A DNA stretch of 64,000 bases from positions 18,873 through 82,872 of IMG/VR virus record IMGVR_UViG_3300013383_000028. One strand, 5' to 3'. Shown one piece after another: positions 31,288 to 40,695 of the stretch. How positions within the stretch are numbered: position 1 is the first letter of the stretch; each line of letters starts with the position of its first letter. The notes below the pieces were generated by a model. The model was not told the origin of the DNA. It made no database searches and worked only from the letters and a program-made list of their open reading frames with translations. The DNA comes from a virus. Its lineage: Duplodnaviria; Caudoviricetes. The translations under genes and the position numbers were made by a program.

Positions 31288-34200
31288 ATGCTTTATCAGC
31301 CGACAAACGTATACCCTAGTCTGACCGGCGCACTCGGGAACGGCGTTGTGGATGCCAACAACAATCTGACTGTGAGCTGGCAAGTAAACGGTAACTCCGC
31401 ACTTCAAATGTTCTCCATTACCATTTATAAGAACGACACCGATTCTACGCAGGTATACTCGACCGGAATACAATCCAAGGGATGCCCGTTCTACGGAACG
31501 GACTATGCTGGAAATGTCCATTTCTTCAGCTATACGATTTCTGCGGCTGCTCTTGCAACAGCTGGCATCGTGAACGGTGAGAACTATAAGATTAAAATCA
31601 AGCAGTGGTGGGGCATCGGAGAGTTTGTCGACCAAACATCTCCGAGTGCGTTCATCACGCGCGCCACGCCGTCCATTGCGGTCGATGTTGTTCCAACCCC
31701 ACTGAAACAGAGAAGCTATACGTTTTACGCGACCTATACGCAAGCGCAAAGCGATGCATTGAACTGGGTCCGATGGGAACTGGAAAACGAAAACGAAGGA
31801 GACACCGTTGATGATACCGGGAAAATTTACGGCACATCACAGCTACAGTATGCGTATGATGGATTCGCGGATGGGCACGTGTACTATATTCGGTGCACCA
31901 TTCAAACAGAAAATGGAGTTGAAGCGGCAAGCAACTGGGTCGGATTTCTTGTCTCCTATGAAACATCCGAACTTCCTGGAGAATTTCTTGCATGCCAAAG
32001 CATCAGAGGTAACGGCGTAAAGCTTGCTCTCCCAACGGCCAAGGACATACCGGCTGAAATTGAGGGGAACTACGATATTGCAAACAGCATTGCCAGACTG
32101 CAAAACGGCACTATTGCGAAGTGGGCAGCTGTAAATGGCGTAAAGATGTCACTCGAAGCACCATTCAACTTTGTGTGGAAGGGAAAAATGAATGCGATTG
32201 GGCCGTTTGCAGAAGTGATTGGAGACGGTCAGAGCTATTCTGAAATAACTGTCAAGTCAGAATCGAACGACATTGCATTCACCTCGGCAAATAACCTTCC
32301 ATTTTCCAACGTCGAATCCCCGTCTGTTTGCTATGGAGTTGGCAAATATGTCATGGCATGCTCTGCGGGGCTGGCGTATTCCGCAGATGGTATTACATGG
32401 ACGGCCATTTCTGATGACGAGATTGCCCCTAATACAGGCTGGAGTGTGTGCTTCAAAGGCCCAACGCTATACTCCGAAGCAATTTTCTACGCCGTTGCAG
32501 CGGATGGAACGCTGATTTACTCCCACGACGGTGTAAACTGGACATACGCGAAATCGTTTACAAAACAGTGCAGGCGTATATCGTTTGCAAACGATTCATT
32601 CTTCGTGACGTACCTGAATAGTGGGATTGCAAGGTATAAAGATGGAACCGACGAGTGGGAAGACATCAATATGCCGAACGTTGGATATTACTCCGTCGCA
32701 TACGGCAATGGCGTATACATCGCAACAAATGCAGATGAGATTGCATATTCGTATGATGGCACCAATTGGAGTGCAATGAGCGTGCCGAGGGCAACCGTTA
32801 AAAGTGCATGCTATGGGAACGGCGTATTCATCGCAATCAACGACAATGAGGAAAGCAGCACAGGACTGTACTCCTATAACGGGAGAACATGGCATGTGCT
32901 TACGCTTCCCACAACCGCTGTTTGGAACGCTATCACGTATGGCAACGGAATATTCATGCTCGTCGGTGACAATGACGTCCGGACATCGGAAGATGGATTC
33001 TCATGGAGTGCGAATCTTAATTCAAGCGCTGCATTTGCCGCAGCTTGCTTTGGAAACGGGAAGTTCTCTATAATCCCGTCGTCCGCATCTGGCGCACTTA
33101 TTACGAATGAGATCACAAAAACAATCTCCCTACAGTTCGATGACACGACAATATTGTCAACACAGATTCCAGAAAGCGAAGAAATGGCAATCCTTGTGGA
33201 CGATACAACCGCCTACGTATCGGTAGACAAAGGAAATCTAACATGGGATAACGGAAGTGTGCCTGCTGCTGTAAACGGAAGCACCGGCGTACAGGTCTGT
33301 TACGGGAATGGACGGTACGTCGAAGTTTCATCCTACGGTAGCGCACTGTATAGCGATGATGGAGAGACGTGGCTGCAATCGAACTCGTATGGAGATTACC
33401 CGGGAAGTTATTCCAACTCGAACCTCTTGTATGCGAACGGAAAGTTCTACGCGTTCCAGTACTCGAATCCGGGTTATGCAATGCGTTCCACTGACGGTGT
33501 GACGTGGGAACAATTTACCACGAACGTTACAGAAACCGGATTTGAAAGTGTCATTCATGACGGGGCAAAGTTCTGCGCAGTCGGGAATAATAACTACATT
33601 TATACAAGTACGGATGGCCAGACTTGGACGCATAAAGGGACAATAGATGCAGAGAACTGCCTTTGTGTCCGGATGATTTTTGCGAACGGAACATATGTGG
33701 TGCTGCTTGACGATACAACAGGATACGCTTCAAGAATTGCGCGCTCGAAGGATCTCATAAATTGGACGTTTAAGTTCGCAAGCGATTTCTCATGGGAAAA
33801 CCCGTTGATGCGAAACTGGGGGCTACAGATACATGACGGAACTTATGGAAATGGGCGCTTCGTCGTTTCTGGTGGTTCCCTCTATCAAGATGCTTATTAC
33901 CACGCAGTTACCATACAAAGCGAAGACGGCGAGAACTGGACAGCATCTGAACGCACGAACATCGGTACTGATACACGTATCACGTTTTACCGGAGTAAGT
34001 TCCTCATGTACTCCTCTGGCGCACTTAATGAAGCTATTATAAGTAATGATGGCGTTAACTGGGAATACGTCTATTTTCCGTATCGAGGAACATTCACCGT
34101 ATGCGCAGGAGATAAACTCATCGCATTTGAGGGTGACAGCAGCGCTGCGGCCTATTCGGACGGAATCATTGATATCAAGTCAGCGAGCATAGGCGTGAAC

Positions 34201-35058
34201 TTTGACAAGATAACCCGCATCGTACTGAATGGATTCCAAGAATGCGACTATGTGTTTGTGTCTGACGGGAACCTTTCTGCGACGCAGAAGGAAACCATCC
34301 TATACAACTATTCGTACCATCCAAGAGATATCCAAGCGCTATTCTATGCGGATTTCGATTCTGGCACGAACGCAGGCGGATTCGGGAACACCGGCGTGAC
34401 CGATTTCGCAATCTATCGAACTTCACCCGGAAACGATGACAAGCTGATGCATGTCTATGATATTTCCGTCGGAGATGGTGATGTCGTGATCGACGCAAGC
34501 GCTGCGACAGGTATCCCGTATGTGTACTATGCATACGAAATCGGCTCTGGCGCTACCGGCGTGCTGGAAAGCAATCAGATTGCTACATGCATATGGGACT
34601 GGTCGATCCTCTCCTGCACGCAGGATACAGATGGAGCCTATCACCCGCAGCAGATATTTACGTTCGGGAAAAACCTGACGACCGGTGACATCAGCAACAA
34701 TAATACTCCGCAGATCATACAGAACTTCACGCAGTACCCGACCATTCAGATGGCACCGTTCAACTATAAGAGCGGAACCCTGACAAGCCTGATCGGCGCA
34801 ATTGTTGACGGGAAATACTCCGATACGGCAAAGCTTAGAAATGAAATATTGGTGCTTTCTACGACCAGCAATACACTGTTCCTGAAGAGCCGAAAAGGCG
34901 ACATCATGAAGATCAGAATCAGCGGTCCGATTGAGTATTCGATGCTTGACAATTCTTTCACGCAGGCACAAACGGTCAAGGTTCCTTGGGTAGAAGTCGG
35001 CGATGCGGATGATAACAGGATCATCATAACGAAGTATGATACCACATGGCCTTACTGA
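31288..35058 (+). CDS. distal tail/baseplate protein with inserted beta-propeller repeats
   Basis: Follows TMP; many YGNG.F.. and S.DG..W BNR-like repeats. Confidence 0.65.
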   Translation: MLYQPTNVYPSLTGALGNGVVDANNNLTVSWQVNGNSALQMFSITIYKNDTDSTQVYSTGIQSKGCPFYGTDYAGNVHFFSYTISAAALATAGIVNGENYKIKIKQWWGIGEFVDQTSPSAFITRATPSIAVDVVPTPLKQRSYTFYATYTQAQSDALNWVRWELENENEGDTVDDTGKIYGTSQLQYAYDGFADGHVYYIRCTIQTENGVEAASNWVGFLVSYETSELPGEFLACQSIRGNGVKLALPTAKDIPAEIEGNYDIANSIARLQNGTIAKWAAVNGVKMSLEAPFNFVWKGKMNAIGPFAEVIGDGQSYSEITVKSESNDIAFTSANNLPFSNVESPSVCYGVGKYVMACSAGLAYSADGITWTAISDDEIAPNTGWSVCFKGPTLYSEAIFYAVAADGTLIYSHDGVNWTYAKSFTKQCRRISFANDSFFVTYLNSGIARYKDGTDEWEDINMPNVGYYSVAYGNGVYIATNADEIAYSYDGTNWSAMSVPRATVKSACYGNGVFIAINDNEESSTGLYSYNGRTWHVLTLPTTAVWNAITYGNGIFMLVGDNDVRTSEDGFSWSANLNSSAAFAAACFGNGKFSIIPSSASGALITNEITKTISLQFDDTTILSTQIPESEEMAILVDDTTAYVSVDKGNLTWDNGSVPAAVNGSTGVQVCYGNGRYVEVSSYGSALYSDDGETWLQSNSYGDYPGSYSNSNLLYANGKFYAFQYSNPGYAMRSTDGVTWEQFTTNVTETGFESVIHDGAKFCAVGNNNYIYTSTDGQTWTHKGTIDAENCLCVRMIFANGTYVVLLDDTTGYASRIARSKDLINWTFKFASDFSWENPLMRNWGLQIHDGTYGNGRFVVSGGSLYQDAYYHAVTIQSEDGENWTASERTNIGTDTRITFYRSKFLMYSSGALNEAIISNDGVNWEYVYFPYRGTFTVCAGDKLIAFEGDSSAAAYSDGIIDIKSASIGVNFDKITRIVLNGFQECDYVFVSDGNLSATQKETILYNYSYHPRDIQALFYADFDSGTNAGGFGNTGVTDFAIYRTSPGNDDKLMHVYDISVGDGDVVIDASAATGIPYVYYAYEIGSGATGVLESNQIATCIWDWSILSCTQDTDGAYHPQQIFTFGKNLTTGDISNNNTPQIIQNFTQYPTIQMAPFNYKSGTLTSLIGAIVDGKYSDTAKLRNEILVLSTTSNTLFLKSRKGDIMKIRISGPIEYSMLDNSFTQAQTVKVPWVEVGDADDNRIIITKYDTTWPY

Positions 35059-35078
35059 ACGAAACGGGGGTGCTTTGA

Positions 35079-37352
35079 ATGTCATTTTCGATAAGCTTTA
35101 TGGCGCGGACGCAAAGAAACATCAGGGTAACGGCGGCTGACGTAAGCTGGGCTGAAAACAGTTCGTACAGAATGCATTGGCTGCTCACCGCAAACGGAAG
35201 CGATATCAGTGAAGGATGGGTTGGATATTCGGAGTCGAGCGTATACTTGTTCGACTTCGGAAAATCCTACTACGAACCAGGACAATATCAGGTTACGGCA
35301 CGCCTCTATGAGGGCACGACATTTATTGAGCTGCAAAGAGAATCCTTTGAATTTCCGTGCAATGTAAGCATATACGCAAATGACGGAAGTGGGGATTCGC
35401 AGGAAGAAAGCGTCAGCTACGGTACAACTTATACCATCCCAGAATGCCCGTTCTCAGCTCCATCCGGAAAAACATTCGCAGGATATGCCGGTACTGCCAC
35501 TGCAACGACCGCGCAGTGGCAGCCCGGACAGACAACCACAGTGAACGTAGACCGCGACTTTTACTGCGTTTGGGCTGATATACCCGTAGAGACGTACACA
35601 ATCACCTATGACGCGAACGGCGGATATGGTGCGCCTCCGCAGCAGACGGTCGACGGCATTTATATTATAATAAGTGATACCGTCCCAACAAGGAGTGGAT
35701 ACACATTTGCCGGATGGATGGGCGTCGGAGCTACTTCAGGCCAAGAAGTATGGCGGCAGCCCGGTCAGGCTCTGGGAAACATCACAGAGGACTATACGTT
35801 CACTGCCGAATGGTATGTCTACGCAATTACGGCGATTGCAGGAGATTACGTATCAAGCGTTTCCCGTGAGTGGCATGGCCTCCCATATATCGACTATCTG
35901 GGGAATACGTACACCTCTTCTCGGCTGACGTGCCAGCTCGCATCTCCGACTGGGTATACCGTCTCCTTTGATGGCTGGTATGATTCCAACGATTCAAAGG
36001 TTTCAAGCAACCAGACATACACCGTCTCAAATCTGACAAGCGACATCACCCTTACGGCAAAAGCAACTGCAGTAGCATTGCCAACGTACACCGTAACGTA
36101 CCGCCCCGGAACAGATGGGACAGGATCTGTGCAGACGGATACAAAAATCGAAAATGTGACTTTGACGTTGAAAGGCGCTGTGTTTACCCGGAGCGGTTAC
36201 GAGCAGAATGGTTGGGCAACTTCCGATGGCGGAACTAAAGCATACGAACTCGGAGCGCAGTACACAGCAAACGCGGCTATCACACTGTATCCGACGTGGA
36301 AAAGCACTGCAGTAGAGATCGGCAGTCTTGATACGGGAAGCATCGTAAAACTCAATGTGAATGGGTCCCCAGTCGAGTTTATAGTCGTGAATCAGGGAAT
36401 CCCGGAAAACAGTTCACTGTATGACGCCAGCTGCAACGGAACGTGGCTGCTGATGAAGGACATTTACGAGAACCGCGCTTGGAATGGAACGGATGTAAAC
36501 AACTACGCAGCCAGCGATCTGAATACGTACTTGAACAATACGTTCTTTGCTTCGCTTGGTTCCAAGGAAAAAAATGCAGCGATGCAGGTCAAACTTCCAT
36601 ATGGTGACGGGACATCTGTGATTTCTGGTGCAAATGGCGTTGCGGCAAAGACGTTCCTCATATCTGCAATTGAGCTAGGACAAAGTGCTGCAGCTACAGA
36701 GTACAAAGCAAATTTCGCAGATAACACTTGGGCGGAAATCATCGAAGCATGCCAGACCAACAGCGTCCCGGATACATGGGTTGTTGGAGATCAGAAGACG
36801 ATGAGCATCGGTGAATCGTACAAGATCAATATCATAGGCAAGAATCACGACACCTATTCTGACGGCTCCGGCACTGCACCGCTGACTTTGCAGATGCATG
36901 AGGTTTATAATCTCTCAACCAAGATGAGCAACGACGCTTCCAACGCTGGTGGCTGGAAAGATTCTATTGTTCGTACTACCACAATGAATACACTTTTGAA
37001 CGGGATGCCGGATGAAGTCAAGGCAGCCGTGCGCGAGGTATCCAAGCTGACCAGCGCCGGACAGGGGAGCGAGACGATCGTAACGACGGCAGACAAGCTG
37101 TTCATTCCTTCAGAGGTGGAGATCACCGGCTCGGCGGAACACAGTGCACCGGGCGAGGGCACGCAGTACCCGTATTATGAGACGCCTGCGAATCGGATGA
37201 AATATACTCGCAATGATGTAAACACCGAGTGGTGGACACGCTCGCCGGTGTACCAACAAGGCTGGAATTACGTAGGGTTCTATCAGAGCGGAAACGCATA
37301 CGGCGCGCAGGCAAATAAGGCCCTGCGCGTGGCGGCGGCATTCTGTTTCTGA
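35079..37352 (+). CDS. receptor-binding tail protein: InlB B-repeat-like units + DUF6273-like lectin domains
   Basis: YT.TY.ANGG..F.GW repeats; C-terminal WWTRSP...AAAFCF domain. Confidence 0.7.
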   Translation: MSFSISFMARTQRNIRVTAADVSWAENSSYRMHWLLTANGSDISEGWVGYSESSVYLFDFGKSYYEPGQYQVTARLYEGTTFIELQRESFEFPCNVSIYANDGSGDSQEESVSYGTTYTIPECPFSAPSGKTFAGYAGTATATTAQWQPGQTTTVNVDRDFYCVWADIPVETYTITYDANGGYGAPPQQTVDGIYIIISDTVPTRSGYTFAGWMGVGATSGQEVWRQPGQALGNITEDYTFTAEWYVYAITAIAGDYVSSVSREWHGLPYIDYLGNTYTSSRLTCQLASPTGYTVSFDGWYDSNDSKVSSNQTYTVSNLTSDITLTAKATAVALPTYTVTYRPGTDGTGSVQTDTKIENVTLTLKGAVFTRSGYEQNGWATSDGGTKAYELGAQYTANAAITLYPTWKSTAVEIGSLDTGSIVKLNVNGSPVEFIVVNQGIPENSSLYDASCNGTWLLMKDIYENRAWNGTDVNNYAASDLNTYLNNTFFASLGSKEKNAAMQVKLPYGDGTSVISGANGVAAKTFLISAIELGQSAAATEYKANFADNTWAEIIEACQTNSVPDTWVVGDQKTMSIGESYKINIIGKNHDTYSDGSGTAPLTLQMHEVYNLSTKMSNDASNAGGWKDSIVRTTTMNTLLNGMPDEVKAAVREVSKLTSAGQGSETIVTTADKLFIPSEVEITGSAEHSAPGEGTQYPYYETPANRMKYTRNDVNTEWWTRSPVYQQGWNYVGFYQSGNAYGAQANKALRVAAAFCF

Positions 37353-38098
37353 TGGGAAAGGAGATTGAGCAATGGAAGAAAAAGCACTAGACGGTGCGAA
37401 ACTTGCGTATTTTCCAACGGCTGAATCAGGGAGGAATAACGCATACATCGCCTATCTCAACGGAACCGCATCAAAGTGGTGGACGCGAACGCCGACTGCA
37501 TCTGGGACAGAAACCGTATGGCTTCAGAATGAAACTGGTGACGGGGCATTTGCCTCGCCGACCACCGAAAATGGTATTCGGCCGGCTCTCGTCTTGGAAT
37601 CGTCAACGCTTGTAATTGAGCAGGATGACGGCAGCTATTCGATTGCCGGATCTTATACCATCACGTATGTGCCGGGCGCAAACGGGACCGGAAGCGTACA
37701 GACTGATTCGAAGGTTGAGGGATCATCCATCACACTGAAGAGCGCGATATTCACGCGCAGCGGATATGAGCAAACAGGTTGGGCTACATCTGACGGCGGA
37801 AGCAAATCATATGATCTTGGCGCGCAGTATACAGCAAATGCAGATGTCACGCTTTACCCGTTCTGGACAGCTACTGTTTCGTACTATACTGTTACCTATA
37901 GGCCGGGAGCCAATGGAACCGGAGCCGTGCAAACAGACCAAAAGACGTCCGGTGTACCGCTCGCACTGAAAGGCGCGATCTTTACACGAAATGGGTACAC
38001 GCAGGCCGGATGGTCGACTACTGACGGCGGAGCCATCGAGTATCCGCTGAACGGGCAGTATACCGAAAATGCTGATATAACTCTGTACCCATACTGGA
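36085..38098 (+). repeat. three related ~210-bp repeats encoding InlB B-repeat-like units (~36085, ~37655, ~37885)
   Basis: YT.TY.PG..GTG.VQTD.K......LK.A.FTR.GY.Q.GW.T.DGG...Y.L..QYT.NA..TLYP.W repeated. Confidence 0.75.
36705..37386 (+). other. 676-bp cassette bounded by AAAGCA direct repeats, nested in a lectin domain
   Basis: AAAGCA at 36705-36710 and 37381-37386, both at codon start; removal fuses the two ORFs in frame. Confidence 0.55.
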
Positions 38099-39402
38099 AG
38101 AGCAATGCACCTGACTTGGAGCCGCCTCCGGAACAGGCTGCCGCTGTGGAGCATGCGAAGAGGACGGCAGATTATCTAAAACAGCTTCGAACGCCGTTTG
38201 TAAAGCTGTGCCGTTTGCGGTTCCTGCAGCCGGACGGCAGCACGGCATTTGCAATCGACAACAACCCACTCAATCGACGCAGCGGAACCTTTATCCAAGA
38301 GGGAAGCATCTCTGGAAATCTGCAAAACGGCCAGCGCAGAACGGCAAGCATCACTCTCTCGAATGTTGATGCAGAGTACGATTATAACGTGAACAACGTC
38401 TGGTTTGGGCAGCAGATTGCACTTGATGAAGGCCTGATTCTTTCGGATGGATCGGAATACTATATCCCACAGGGCATTTTCTACATTCAAGATCCGCAGG
38501 AAACGCTCAATCCGAATCTCCGAACAATGACATACCCTCTTGTTGACAAATGGGCATACCTCGATGGTACGCTTTTCGGCCGACTTGAAGCCACATACGA
38601 AGTTCCGGTCGGGACGAATATTTTTGAGCCGATAGCATCGCTGCTGTCTCTCGACAAGGGCAATGGGTATAAGGTCGATAGTGTCCCTCCTATTTTTACG
38701 GAGTATTATAACGAGAAAACACAGGTGCTTCCGAGTGGGGAAACAGTGTCTCTGGCGGTTTCTCCGTATACCATGCGCGTCGATAGCGATGACGGAACGT
38801 ATGCAGACGTCGTACTTGGCATGTCGGAAATGGTGAACGCGTGGGTTGGCTACGATAACACAGGCACACTGCGCGTAGAACCTTCCCAAGACGATATCGT
38901 TGACACGAACAAACCTGTTTTGTGGAGATTTTCTTTGGCCGAAGCACAGCTCATAGGCGCAACTTACACAGTCAAAAACACAGAGGTCTTCAATGACTAC
39001 ATCGTTTTGGGCGAACAGACCGATGACAGTCCGCAGGCATCCGGACGCGCACAGAATTTAGACCCAAGCAGCGACACGAACGTGAATATCATCGGCCGGA
39101 AAACCTATCGCGAGACGGCTTCTGGATACTACACGGAAACACAGTGCCGCGACTTGGCAGAGTGGAAACTAAAACGTGCGACAGTTCTACAGAAGGCAGT
39201 ATCAATTTCTTGCATACAGATGATGCATATATTTGAGAACAGCCTTGTGGAGATCGTCAGGACGGACAAACCCGGTTCTCCGGTAGAGCGGCATTTGATT
39301 CAAGGCTATACGCGCCCACTGACGAGCAACGGAACCATGACAATCAACGCTGTATCGGTCGCAGATTTCCCAATCGCGACGATTACAAGCTGGCCGGAAT
39401 GA
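37372..39402 (+). CDS. baseplate hub/Tal-like protein with N-terminal half lectin domain and InlB B-repeat-like units
   Basis: N-term DGAKLAYF...WWTRTP...GIRPAL; two 70-aa repeats; C-term hub-like region. Confidence 0.65.
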   Translation: MEEKALDGAKLAYFPTAESGRNNAYIAYLNGTASKWWTRTPTASGTETVWLQNETGDGAFASPTTENGIRPALVLESSTLVIEQDDGSYSIAGSYTITYVPGANGTGSVQTDSKVEGSSITLKSAIFTRSGYEQTGWATSDGGSKSYDLGAQYTANADVTLYPFWTATVSYYTVTYRPGANGTGAVQTDQKTSGVPLALKGAIFTRNGYTQAGWSTTDGGAIEYPLNGQYTENADITLYPYWKSNAPDLEPPPEQAAAVEHAKRTADYLKQLRTPFVKLCRLRFLQPDGSTAFAIDNNPLNRRSGTFIQEGSISGNLQNGQRRTASITLSNVDAEYDYNVNNVWFGQQIALDEGLILSDGSEYYIPQGIFYIQDPQETLNPNLRTMTYPLVDKWAYLDGTLFGRLEATYEVPVGTNIFEPIASLLSLDKGNGYKVDSVPPIFTEYYNEKTQVLPSGETVSLAVSPYTMRVDSDDGTYADVVLGMSEMVNAWVGYDNTGTLRVEPSQDDIVDTNKPVLWRFSLAEAQLIGATYTVKNTEVFNDYIVLGEQTDDSPQASGRAQNLDPSSDTNVNIIGRKTYRETASGYYTETQCRDLAEWKLKRATVLQKAVSISCIQMMHIFENSLVEIVRTDKPGSPVERHLIQGYTRPLTSNGTMTINAVSVADFPIATITSWPE

Positions 39403-39415
39403 GGAAGGGGGTGCA

Positions 39416-39595
39416 ATGATGGCTGAAAAGAAGGCTGCGCAATACATCCTCAAACTCAAAACGGGAGAAATCTTCGATGTGAAGAAGGAAACGAACCTGT
39501 ACTGGATCTGCGAAGGTACGCAGTTCAAAAAGACAAGCAGGCAGATCGAACGTGTGACACGGCGAAAAGCCAGAAAGGGCGTAAACGATGAGTGA
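39416..39595 (+). CDS. small hypothetical protein (59 aa)
   Basis: Hand-translated MMAEKKAAQYILKLKTGEIFDVKKETNLYWICEG...; purine-rich SD. Confidence 0.55.
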   Translation: MMAEKKAAQYILKLKTGEIFDVKKETNLYWICEGTQFKKTSRQIERVTRRKARKGVNDE

Positions 39596-39740
39596 GATTG
39601 GTCCCGTCCTCAACAACCATGGAGCAAAACCGTGCAGCTCATTCACCGACACAGCATACGGAATCAGCGCCTGTATTCATTTCTTCTGTGGTAAGTGGAT
39701 TCCACCTCCCCATGCAGACTGCGCAACAATTGAATAATCC

Positions 39741-39817
39741 CCGCACCGAAGTGGCGATGTGGAAGAGCTAGTGGAGCTACAAGCGCGAAGTGAAGCCGCG
39801 TTTGCGGTTCCACTTTT
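39741..39817 (+). promoter_or_regulatory. dual-hairpin + terminator RNA element, copy 3 (before lysis genes)
   Basis: CCGCACCG-AAGTGG-CGATGTGG, AAGAGCTAGTGGAGCT, terminator stem + TTTT. Confidence 0.75.
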
Positions 39818-39848
39818 GCACAAAAGAAAATGATAGGAGAAAAACCAA

Positions 39849-40154
39849 ATGGAATACTTTGAGAACATCGTTACAATTTGCGGCGGAATCACGACGATCA
39901 GTGTCATGCTTTTGGCGGCCGTTAAACCGCTTCGGGAATGGGCATTTGGCACAAACGTAATCAGAGAAGGAATCAAGTGCCAACTTCGTTCCGATATGCT
40001 GCATACCTACTACAAGAACAAGGCTGACCACACAATACGGCAGTACGAAGCTGAGAACTTCGAATATTCGTACAAGGCTTACAAAGCGCTCAAAGGCAAT
40101 TCATTCATCGACAAAATCAAGAAGGAAGTAGACGAATGGGAAGTGGTGTCTTAA
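39849..40154 (+). CDS. lysis-module membrane protein (holin-associated)
   Basis: One N-terminal TM segment; ...Y.AY..L.GN... motif typical of Bacillota phage lysis modules. Confidence 0.6.
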   Translation: MEYFENIVTICGGITTISVMLLAAVKPLREWAFGTNVIREGIKCQLRSDMLHTYYKNKADHTIRQYEAENFEYSYKAYKALKGNSFIDKIKKEVDEWEVVS

Positions 40155-40159
40155 AGCAT

Positions 40160-40426
40160 ATGGAATGGAGTAAACGAATCCTCATCTTCTCGTATTTTAT
40201 GCTGGTAGTTTTCATCGTTATTTTCCTTGCATCTGACGATAAAGCCGCCGCTGCGACTGTGCTTTGCGGATGGATCGTAGAGTGTGGAGCAGCTACCGGA
40301 TTCTATTTCTGGAAGGCAAAGAACGAAAATAGAAGCAAGTATGCCCTCAAATTTGTGCGGGAATTGGCGGAAAAACATGGGCTGGACGCGACCGCACGAA
40401 TCATTGAAGCAGTCTTGAAGGACTGA
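40160..40426 (+). CDS. putative holin
   Basis: Two TM segments, basic C terminus (FYFWKAKNEN). Confidence 0.6.
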   Translation: MEWSKRILIFSYFMLVVFIVIFLASDDKAAAATVLCGWIVECGAATGFYFWKAKNENRSKYALKFVRELAEKHGLDATARIIEAVLKD

Positions 40427-40442
40427 GAAAGGATTGGTTAAC

Positions 40443-40664
40443 ATGAAGAACAGCTGGTGGCAGGTCATCGTCGAGAACCTTTTTAAGGTCAAGTCGCTCG
40501 TAACGATCATACTCACAGGCGCATTTGTCGCAATGGCACTTCGCGACAAGGTAGAACCAAAGGACTTCTATTCCATCATCGTGATGGTGCTGACGTTCTA
40601 CTTTGGCTATCAGAGTGCCAAGAGCGAAGACAAGAACAGCACACAGAACGACAGTCAGGAATAA
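40443..40664 (+). CDS. putative holin
   Basis: Two TM segments, ..FYFG.Q motif, directly before endolysin. Confidence 0.6.
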   Translation: MKNSWWQVIVENLFKVKSLVTIILTGAFVAMALRDKVEPKDFYSIIVMVLTFYFGYQSAKSEDKNSTQNDSQE

Positions 40665-40695
40665 GGCTTCAGCCTCGCAAAAGGAGGAATATCAA

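Noticed and set aside
37150-37352. Diversity-generating retroelement variable region in the DUF6273-like C terminus
   Set aside because: No reverse transcriptase or AAC-rich template repeat in the window. Many codons at would-be variable sites end in A/G, unlike TR-derived NNY codons. A DGR elsewhere in the genome cannot be excluded.
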